The notes below the pieces were generated by a model that saw only the letters and a list, made by a program, of their open reading frames with translations, made no database searches and had not been told where the DNA came from. DNA of 24,000 nt, taken from contig NZ_AUCR01000010.1 in NCBI RefSeq assembly GCF_000429865.1, forward strand, positions 111,166 through 135,165. Reading direction: 5' to 3'. The DNA is from Cucumibacter marinus DSM 18995. Lineage in GTDB: Bacteria; Pseudomonadota; Alphaproteobacteria; Rhizobiales; Devosiaceae. The position numbers were made by a program, and so were the translations under genes. Below are positions 10,068 to 19,736 of this stretch, piece after piece. Numbering within the stretch: position 1 is the first letter of the stretch; each line of letters opens with the position of its first letter.

Positions 10068-10255
10068 GTCCGGTTGCCTGCGGACCGGTTCCAGCAAAGA
10101 CCGCAGATCAGGCTGCGCCGATTGTCGCATGCCTTGTTTCAGCCCTGTCGCAAAACTGTCGCAGTTTAGTCACAGGCGGCAATTCGAAAGTGCTTTCGGG
10201 CAATTATAGAAACTGGGCACCGCCAGGCCGCGGTCGCGGGTCCTTGCCAGAGCCG

Positions 10256-10409
10256 GAATCGGGGTCCGGGTAAAATTTTTTTCGATGGCCCTCAATCTCA
10301 CTCCGAACCGATTCTGAAAGGATTCACATACCGTTATTTTTTGAAGGTTTAACCGGCAGCCCCGGGCGCAAAAAGCCCCGTCAGAGTCAAGCCCCATTTT
10401 GCGCGATTC
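10256..10409. promoter_or_regulatory. Cluster of five GANTC (CcrM-type methylation motif) sites in the dnaA upstream region
   Basis: GAATC 10256..10260, GATTC 10310..10314, GATTC 10321..10325, GAGTC 10384..10388, GATTC 10405..10409. The sites are read directly; any regulatory function is inferred. Confidence 0.45.
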
Positions 10410-10793
10410 CGCGGTTGCCAAGGCCATTCTGAGCGCCCTAATATGGCCGGGCTGAAAGCAACAAGAGAGCAGCGGTCCACCACTAAAAACGGTCCGCAAA
10501 TTCAGTTGGGGGATGAAGATATGCGGTCGCTCAAGGCGTCTGTTCCGGATAGCAAGTATTCGAATAACAGTCTTGACCCAACCCGTCTTCATGCATTGTA
10601 AATAAGAACTATCCGAACCGGGGAGTTATGCTTTCCGGGTCCAATCAAGCGGCACATCTTCTTACAATAATTCAATAAATGTGGCGTGGTTACGGCTGCG
10701 CGTGGATGTGTCGTGTCCGGTGTTCCGGGGGCAACATCAACGCTGGTCGAAAAGGCGGGCATCAAGACCCGTTTGAGGCGGCAAAAGGGGCAA

Positions 10794-12404
10794 ATGATGA
10801 AGAACGCAATGATCGAAAATCAGGTGGTAACCCACATGGGGGCAACAGTGTCGGCGGATAAGGCTGGCGGGTCCGGTTCCCCGTCTGAAAAACCGTCCCA
10901 GAACGCGGCCGGCAATGGATCCGGCAATGGATCTGGCAAGGCATCAAGGCCGGCATCCAAGAAAGCGCCGGGCGGCCGCGGCGCAGGCGATCACAAGACG
11001 CTCTGGACCCGGGTGCGCAAGCGCCTCTGGGTCGCCGTTGGTGAAGATGTGTTCAATTCCTGGTTTGCGCGGCTCGAGCTCGAAGAGATCCACGACGACA
11101 TCGCGCACCTCTCCGTGCCCACACGCTTTCTGTGCTCATGGATCATGTCGAACTATCGCGACAAGATCCTCGATGCCTTCACCGCCGAAACCGATGCCGT
11201 TACCCGCCTGCATGTGACCGTGAGGGTCAACGGCCAGCCGGTCCAGCGCCTCAGCCAGCCGGCTGAAGAACGCACCGCGACCGCGCCGCGACCCGCTGAG
11301 GTCACCCCGCTCAAGGCCCAGGCCAAGCCCGCTCCCGCGACTGCCGAGGATGCGCTTTCCGGCTCTGCACTCGAGCCCAAGATGACCTTTGAGAGCTTTG
11401 TCGCCGGCGAAGGCAACCAGATGGCGCTCGCCGCGGCCCGGCAGGTTGCCCACGCTTCGCTCAACAATACCGTCGCGTTCAATCCGCTCTATATCCATTC
11501 GAGCGTTGGCATGGGCAAATCCCACCTGCTCAACGCCGTCGCCTGGGCGGCCGGTGCCGCCGACCGGTCGCGCAACATCGTCTATCTGACCGCCGATCAC
11601 TTCATGTACCACTTCGTCAGCGCGCTGCAGCGCCAGTCCGCTATCGGGCTAAAGGAATGGCTGCGCGGCATCGATCTTTTGCTGATCGACGACATGCAGT
11701 TCCTGCAAGGCAAGTCTGTGGTCACCGAATTCGGGCACACGCTCTCTGCGCTGCTGACCGGTGCCAAGCAGGTGGTCGTTGCCGGCGATAGTGCCCCGGC
11801 CGATCTCGAACTTCTCGATGAGCGCCTGCGCTCGCGTCTCTCCTGCGGGCTGGTCGTGCCCATTCAGGGCTTCGACGCCGATTTGCGCCGCGCCATCGTT
11901 CAAAAGCGCGCCGAACAGGCGGCCCAGCGTTTCCCGGGCCTCTTCATTCCCCCGGTGGTGCTTGACTATGTGGCCCGCAAGATCACCAGCCATGGCCGCG
12001 ATCTCGATGGCGCCATCAACCGGCTGGTGGCCGCCAATCAGCTTACCGGCCAGCCGGTGACCATCGAACTGGCGGAAAAGGCCCTGCATGATCTCATCCG
12101 GTCGCGTGAGAGCCGCCGCATCAAGATCGACGATATCCAGATCGCGGTTGCCAAGCATTTCAAGGTGTCAAAGCCCGACCTGCTTTCTGCGCGCCGCTCG
12201 CGTTCGGTGGTCCGGCCCCGCCAGATCGCGATGTATCTGTCGAAGGTACTGACCTCGCGGTCGCTGCCCGAGATCGGTCGCCGCTTCGGCAATCGGGATC
12301 ACACAACGGTCCTGCATGCCGTGCGCAAGATCGAACAGCTCATGGGCGAGGACACCGGGTTCGCCCAGGAAGTCGAACTCCTCAGAAGAATGATCGAGGA
12401 GTGA
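10794..12404 (+). CDS. dnaA: Chromosomal replication initiator protein DnaA
   Basis: ORF 10686..12404. AAA+ Walker A GMGKSHLL, Walker B LLLIDDMQFL, C-terminal DnaA signature RSLPEIGRRFGNRDHTTVLHA. I prefer ATG 10794, with AAGGGG at 10785..10790. The alternative starts 10836 (ATG) and 10848 (GTG) cannot be excluded. Confidence 0.9.
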   Translation: MMKNAMIENQVVTHMGATVSADKAGGSGSPSEKPSQNAAGNGSGNGSGKASRPASKKAPGGRGAGDHKTLWTRVRKRLWVAVGEDVFNSWFARLELEEIHDDIAHLSVPTRFLCSWIMSNYRDKILDAFTAETDAVTRLHVTVRVNGQPVQRLSQPAEERTATAPRPAEVTPLKAQAKPAPATAEDALSGSALEPKMTFESFVAGEGNQMALAAARQVAHASLNNTVAFNPLYIHSSVGMGKSHLLNAVAWAAGAADRSRNIVYLTADHFMYHFVSALQRQSAIGLKEWLRGIDLLLIDDMQFLQGKSVVTEFGHTLSALLTGAKQVVVAGDSAPADLELLDERLRSRLSCGLVVPIQGFDADLRRAIVQKRAEQAAQRFPGLFIPPVVLDYVARKITSHGRDLDGAINRLVAANQLTGQPVTIELAEKALHDLIRSRESRRIKIDDIQIAVAKHFKVSKPDLLSARRSRSVVRPRQIAMYLSKVLTSRSLPEIGRRFGNRDHTTVLHAVRKIEQLMGEDTGFAQEVELLRRMIEE

Positions 12405-12453
12405 GGAGCGTTCGGGCGTAGCCTGAGCCAAGGGTCCGGTGGCCCCTTGGCAG

Positions 12454-12625
12454 CGACGAACACCCTGAGAGCTATGCTCGAAGGGTCGGGCCCGAACCGA
12501 CAGGCAGAAAGGCTCCGATGGAGTCTTTCTAGGTTCGAAACCCTGAGAGCTATGCTCGAAGGGTCGGACGCGAACCGACGAACGATGCCTTGACGGCCAT
12601 GCTCGCAAGGCCGCTCGAAGGATCG
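12454..12625. repeat. Degenerate direct repeats in the dnaA-dnaN spacer
   Basis: A 39-nt unit CCCTGAGAGCTATGCTCGAAGGGTCGG(G/A)C(C/G)CGAACCGAC at 12463..12501 and 12541..12579 (2 mismatches, 78-bp period). Degenerate core copies ATGCTCGCAAGG (12599..12610) and GCTCGAAGGATCG (12613..12625). The 8-mer CGACGAAC is at 12454..12461 and 12576..12583. Confidence 0.85.
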
Positions 12626-13085
12626 AAATTCAAGAATACCGGGCCGGGTCGGGATCGACGCGGGCCCGGCGCTCTCCCGGATCGGGAGCAGGGGAAGAGG
12701 CGCCTTCCATTGTTGAGGGAACCGCCAGCAACGCGGCATCCATAAGCTGCGGCACAACGTTGAGGGGCCACAGGCCCTGTTTTCGGTCGCGCCTGCTGTT
12801 GGTGCGGCTTAGTCCGCTGGCAGGCCGGGCCGGGGTGCAGCACGAAATTGGGGGCGCTGTGCCCCGGTCTTCATACGGCGGGCGGCCCGCGGGAAGGCCG
12901 TCAGACCGTCAATTGCCGCCACCTCCGGCGCCATTCCACCCGATACCCAGAGATTTTGTGGCCAGCCGGGCGCTGACCCTTGTAATTTGGCTGTTCTGGG
13001 GTAACTTCCCTCACCCGGTCGTCGGGACCTCGCGCGGCAGGCGTCTGCGTGGGTCCCCGGACATGCCTTAACGTCGGAGTCCATC

Positions 13086-14207
13086 ATGAAGGTCACGCTG
13101 GAGCGCAACCACCTGTTGAAGTCGCTGGGGCATGTGCACCGCGTTGTCGAGCGGCGGAATACCTATCCCATTCTGTCGAACGTATTGCTGTCCGCTCATG
13201 ACGGTCAGCTCGATCTGCGCGCGACCGATCTCGACGTTGAAATGACCGAATCCGTGCCGGCCATGGTCTCGGTCGCCGGCACCACGACTGTGCCCGCGCA
13301 TACGCTTTATGAAATCGTGCGCAAGCTTTCTGACGGCGCCGAAGTGAGCCTCGAAACCGAGGGTGGCGGCGAGCAGATGGTTTTGACCTCGGGGCGCTCG
13401 CGCTTCAACCTGGCCTGCCTCTCGGCGGACGGTTTCCCCGATCTCAAATCCGGCGAATTCACCCACTCCTTTGCCATCAAGGCCGGGCTTCTGGGCGAGT
13501 TGATCGAACGCACCCAGTTTGCGATCTCTTCCGAAGAGACCCGCTATTATCTCAATGGTATCTTCTTCCACACCATGTCGGGGGACGACGGCAATTTGCT
13601 GCGGGCCGTCGCGACCGATGGTCACCGCCTCGCCCGTGCCGAGGCCGAGGCCCCCGCCGGGGCCGAGGGCATGCCTTCGATCATCGTGCCGCGCAAGACC
13701 GTCGCCGAGGCCCAGAAGCTCCTCGACGACAAGGATGCCGAGGTCGCCATCGAGGTCTCCGAGACCAAGATCCGCTTTGCTGTCGGCGGCGTGGTGCTGC
13801 TTTCGAAGCTCATCGAGGGCAATTTCCCCGATTATGAGAGCGTCATCCCGGCGCATAATGACAAGCGCATGGTCGTCGACACGGCCAGCTTCAAACAGGC
13901 GGTCGACCGTGTGTCGACCATCGCGTCGGATCGTGGCGGGCGCGCGGTCAAGCTCGGGCTCAGCGAAGGCCTGCTGGAACTCACCGTCACCAATCCCGAT
14001 CACGGCACTGCGCGCGAGGAGCTGCCGGTCGAGTTCGAGGCCGAAGGCTTCGAGATCGGGTTCAATGCCCGCTATCTCCTCGACATCATCGACCAGATCC
14101 ACACCGATTCCGCGGTCTTCCGCTTCTCCGATGCCGGCTCGCCCACCCTTGTGGAGGCCGACACCGAAACCAACGCGCTTTACGTCCTGATGCCCATGCG
14201 GGTTTAG
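13086..14207 (+). CDS. dnaN: DNA polymerase III beta sliding clamp
   Basis: 373 aa starting MKVTLERNHLLKSLGHVHRVVERRNTYPILSNVLL, with ATDGHRLA and a C-terminal YVLMPMRV. GGAG RBS at 13076..13079. Confidence 0.95.
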   Translation: MKVTLERNHLLKSLGHVHRVVERRNTYPILSNVLLSAHDGQLDLRATDLDVEMTESVPAMVSVAGTTTVPAHTLYEIVRKLSDGAEVSLETEGGGEQMVLTSGRSRFNLACLSADGFPDLKSGEFTHSFAIKAGLLGELIERTQFAISSEETRYYLNGIFFHTMSGDDGNLLRAVATDGHRLARAEAEAPAGAEGMPSIIVPRKTVAEAQKLLDDKDAEVAIEVSETKIRFAVGGVVLLSKLIEGNFPDYESVIPAHNDKRMVVDTASFKQAVDRVSTIASDRGGRAVKLGLSEGLLELTVTNPDHGTAREELPVEFEAEGFEIGFNARYLLDIIDQIHTDSAVFRFSDAGSPTLVEADTETNALYVLMPMRV

Positions 14208-14241
14208 CCCGCACGCTGAAGGACCGTTCAACGGTCCATAG

Positions 14242-15390
14242 ATGTCCGCACCCGCCCGCACGCCGCCGAGCCGCTATCTGACCCGGCTGCGGCTGACCGG
14301 TTTCCGCAACTATACGAGCGCCGCGCTCGATCTCGACGCGCGCCATCTGGTGCTGGTCGGGCACAATGGTGCCGGCAAGACCAATCTGATGGAAGCGATC
14401 TCGCTGCTGGCGCCAGGCCGGGGGCTCCGGCGCGCCGCCTTCGAAGACCTGACACAGGCGGGCTCCGATGGCGGCTGGGCCGTGGCCGCAACCCTTGAGA
14501 CGCCGGCGGGTCCGGTGGATCTGGGGACCGGGCAAAGCCCTGATGGTCTCGGCAAACCGCGCCGGGTGCGCATCAACGGTGCCGATGCGCGCGCCGTCGA
14601 GGCATTGGGCGAGCATATCCGGGTCATGTGGCTGACCCCGGCTATGGATGGGCTGTTCACCGGTCCTGCCGGCGACAGGCGGCGGTTCCTCGACCGGTTG
14701 GTCCTCACTCTCATTCCCGGCCACACCGCCTCTCTCAACGCTTATGAACGCGCCATGCGCCAGCGCAATCGGCTTTTGAACGAAAACCCTGACCGCGCCT
14801 GGCTCGATGCGATTGAAACCGAGATGGCGGCTCATGCAACGGCCGTCACCTTTGCACGGGCCGATACGCTGGGGCATCTCGCGGCGCTCCTGGCTGCTGC
14901 CGGGGATGCGGGTCCGTTTCCTGCCGCCACGGTCGATCTCTCCGGGCTCGAGCCGTTCGAAACCGATGCCATTCAGTCGGGTGCGCTCGAAACCGGCTAT
15001 ATCGAGGCCTGGCGCGCCGCGCGGCCCATTGATCGCGCTGCCGGGCGCACGACCATTGGCCCGCACCGGGCGGACCTTGAGGTTGGGCATCTGGGCAAGG
15101 GCGTGCCGGCCAGATTGTGCTCGACCGGCGAACAAAAGGCACTGCTGATCGGGCTTGTCCTTGCTCATGCCCAATTGGTCGCCGATATGTCGGGTCTGCC
15201 GCCGATCCTGCTGCTGGACGAAATCGCCGCCCATCTCGACGAAAACCGTCGCGCCGGCCTGTTCGACAGGCTCGACGAACTGGGTGTTCAATGCGTGATG
15301 ACGGGCACCGATGCGATCCTGTTCGAGGCACTGGGCGACCGTGCATTGCGGGTCCGGGTTGAGGATGCGCGGCTCACTCCGATGCCGTGA
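14242..15390 (+). CDS. recF: DNA replication and repair protein RecF
   Basis: 382 aa. Walker A GHNGAGKTNLMEA, signature SxGQQ-like STGEQKALL, Walker B ILLLDEIAAHLD. Canonical position between dnaN and gyrB. Confidence 0.92.
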   Translation: MSAPARTPPSRYLTRLRLTGFRNYTSAALDLDARHLVLVGHNGAGKTNLMEAISLLAPGRGLRRAAFEDLTQAGSDGGWAVAATLETPAGPVDLGTGQSPDGLGKPRRVRINGADARAVEALGEHIRVMWLTPAMDGLFTGPAGDRRRFLDRLVLTLIPGHTASLNAYERAMRQRNRLLNENPDRAWLDAIETEMAAHATAVTFARADTLGHLAALLAAAGDAGPFPAATVDLSGLEPFETDAIQSGALETGYIEAWRAARPIDRAAGRTTIGPHRADLEVGHLGKGVPARLCSTGEQKALLIGLVLAHAQLVADMSGLPPILLLDEIAAHLDENRRAGLFDRLDELGVQCVMTGTDAILFEALGDRALRVRVEDARLTPMP

Positions 15391-15487
15391 GGGCGACACC
15401 CTTGCCAAACCTTGTCGAAACCGAATGAAAAAGCCCGGCCGCGCTTTGGTTTGCGGGCCAAAAGGGATAGGTTGAAACCGTGTTTAA

Positions 15488-17962
<2,475 letters not shown>

Positions 17963-18019
17963 AAGCGTTTCGAGGCGGCGTGGGCACCCGACCACAACAG
18001 GTCTCCACCCGGCAGATAC

Positions 18020-18054
18020 AAACGCCGCGCCGGCTATCGCCCGCGCGGCGTTTT
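18020..18054. terminator. Bidirectional rho-independent terminator between the convergent gyrB and DUF1295-like genes
   Basis: 11-bp stem AAACGCCGCGC (18020..18030) pairs with GCGCGGCGTTT (18043..18053). TTTT follows on the plus strand and TTTGT on the minus strand. Confidence 0.75.
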
Positions 18055-18071
18055 ACTGTCATGGCTGGCCC

Positions 18072-18761
18072 TCACCAGACGAAGGGCACGAGCTTCTTGG
18101 TGCGGGCTGCATAGGCCGTGAACTGGTCGCCATAGCGTTTCGCCAGATGCGCATCGAGCATGGGCACATTGTAAAATGCGAAGAAGCCCACAGCCAGGAG
18201 CGGGATCGCACAGGCCCAAAGCGACTGCGCGACGACCGCATAGGCGGTGATCCACACGATATCGCCGAAGAAGTTGATATGCATGGAGAGCCCCCACAAC
18301 CCGCCGGAATAGATCTTGCCTTTGTTGGCCGGGTCTTTCTTGAACCGGTCGCGGTCAAGTTCTGAGGCCGTGTTGAGATAACAGCCCAGTGCGAACAGTG
18401 CGATGCCGGCATAATCGATCCACCCGAGCGGCGCATCCGAGGGCAAGACGGCAATGGCGAAGCCGAGATAATAGAGCGAGAAGGCCGCCGGGACGGAGAA
18501 CACTTCGGCCCAGGGCATGGTCCGCTTCATGAGGTAGAACATGGTGAAGGCCATGCGCAAAAGGATGACCACGGAGAACCCGAAGATCACATAGCGCCGG
18601 GCGGGAATGGTTTCGAATTGCGGCCAGCCGAACCAACCCGAAATCATCTCGCCACCCGGCCCGAACAGCACATAGCCAGAGAGCAGCAGGATTGCCGCCT
18701 CGATGGCGGTGATCGACAGCTTTTGCGGCACCGAAGCGGATTTGTCTGCGTAAAGGTCCAT
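18072..18761 (-). CDS. Polytopic membrane protein, DUF1295 / isoprenylcysteine-carboxyl-methyltransferase-like
   Basis: 229 aa with several hydrophobic segments. C-terminal block GGLWGLSMHINFFGDIVW resembles the GLxxxSRHPNYFGE motif of this superfamily. It lies 38 nt downstream of the TetR gene on the same strand. Confidence 0.7.
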   Translation of the reverse strand: MDLYADKSASVPQKLSITAIEAAILLLSGYVLFGPGGEMISGWFGWPQFETIPARRYVIFGFSVVILLRMAFTMFYLMKRTMPWAEVFSVPAAFSLYYLGFAIAVLPSDAPLGWIDYAGIALFALGCYLNTASELDRDRFKKDPANKGKIYSGGLWGLSMHINFFGDIVWITAYAVVAQSLWACAIPLLAVGFFAFYNVPMLDAHLAKRYGDQFTAYAARTKKLVPFVW

Positions 18762-18799
18762 GGGTGTAGTCTTTCGTCACACTTGGTTTTGTCGTTTGC

Positions 18800-19402
18800 C
18801 TAGGAATAAGTGGCAGGATCTTCTGGACGGGCCGGGTCTTCGGGGCGGGCAGGATCTTCAGGACGCGCCAGCCCGCCGGTCACGGCCCAGAGGTAAAGCC
18901 CGCCTTCCTGTTCGGCGATAAACCGCACCGCCTCAGCCCAGGCGGAGGGCCACGCCGTCCCCTCGCGTTCCACGGCAACCGCCAGCGCATGGACAAGCTT
19001 GCGATAGGCATCCCGGGCGCTTTCGCGATAGGCGGGCAACCGGTCGAGACTGTCGAAGAACAGTGAAAGTGCGCGCGTCGGTCCGCCACTCAGCGTGCTG
19101 GCGCTGACGACGACCTGGGCGTAATAGCCATCGATCGCGCGCTTCTGTTCCCGCACGGTGAGGTCGGTATGCGCCTCCCAATCGAAATCGGAAAACGGGA
19201 ACGGAAAAAACCGCTGGATGACTTCGTCATACAGCGCCAGCTTGGTGGGGAAGTGATGGTAGAATCCGCCCTTGGAGACCCCGGCCTGTTTGAGGATCTC
19301 GCTCAGCCCCGTGCCGTCATAGCCATGGGCAACGAACAACTCGGCTGCTGCCTCGAGCAGCTTCTCCCGTGGAGGCCGTTCCGTGTCCTTTTCAGTCGTC
19401 AT
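18800..19402 (-). CDS. TetR/AcrR-family transcriptional regulator with a C-terminal (ARPEDP)x3 tail
   Basis: 200 aa. N-terminal HTH LLEAAAELFVAHGYDGTGLSEILKQAGVSKGGFYHHFPTKLALY. Confidence 0.88.
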   Translation of the reverse strand: MTTEKDTERPPREKLLEAAAELFVAHGYDGTGLSEILKQAGVSKGGFYHHFPTKLALYDEVIQRFFPFPFSDFDWEAHTDLTVREQKRAIDGYYAQVVVSASTLSGGPTRALSLFFDSLDRLPAYRESARDAYRKLVHALAVAVEREGTAWPSAWAEAVRFIAEQEGGLYLWAVTGGLARPEDPARPEDPARPEDPATYS

Positions 19403-19481
19403 GCCGCATTCCTTTCACGTCTGGCTGCCAAATGGCCCGGGCAGCGCTGAAGGCCGGTGGGGTGAGATAGCGTTCAACCCC

Positions 19482-19501
19482 CAGACCGACCGACCGGTCT
19501 G
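19482..19501. promoter_or_regulatory. Inverted repeat CAGACCG-N6-CGGTCTG, candidate TetR operator
   Basis: 7-bp perfect arms at 19482..19488 and 19495..19501, 80-100 bp upstream of the TetR start codon. Confidence 0.3.
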
Positions 19502-19736
19502 TATGTAACATTGGATGACAGGGAGTTCAAGGGGGGGTGAGACATGATCCTGTGGCCCCAAATCCTCAGTGGGCCGGTGTTCTGATGTGCTGACCCCGAC
19601 ACCGGGGGCAAATGCGGCCGATCTGCAAATCCGGCCCGTAACCTGCCCTTAAACCAGCCACATTTAACGTTATGACCGGGTCCACCGCGGCGCCGGCAGG
19701 CGCGCCGCCTTCTCATCATCGCCGGAGACACAGGCC

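Noticed and set aside
8898-10130. 410-aa minus-strand ORF antisense to mutM and rpsT
   Set aside because: It overlaps two strongly supported genes, a promoter and a terminator. No recognisable domain.
10686-10793. Longer DnaA start at 10686 (GTG)
   Set aside because: No RBS is visible and the extension adds an arbitrary Cys/Val/Gly-rich peptide. ATG 10794 has a well-placed AAGGGG.
12531-12547. tRNA-like T-arm sequence GGTTCGAAACCC
   Set aside because: The flanking bases do not form a 5-bp T-stem, and no acceptor, D or anticodon arms can be drawn. It is not a tRNA or a convincing tRNA fragment.
12760-13071. 103-aa plus-strand ORF just upstream of dnaN
   Set aside because: It has a TTG start with no RBS, frequent rare codons (AGG, AGA, ATA, GTA, TCA) and a Pro/Arg/Gly-rich product with no motif.
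12405-13085. oriC located between dnaA and dnaN
   Set aside because: The region is GC-rich throughout, I found no DnaA box better than 6 of 9 matches, and there is no AT-rich unwinding element. This cannot be excluded without skew or marker-frequency data, but the sequence does not support it.
13068-15408. 397-aa and 440-aa minus-strand ORFs antisense to dnaN and recF
   Set aside because: Shadow ORFs opposite genes with clear clamp and RecF Walker motifs.
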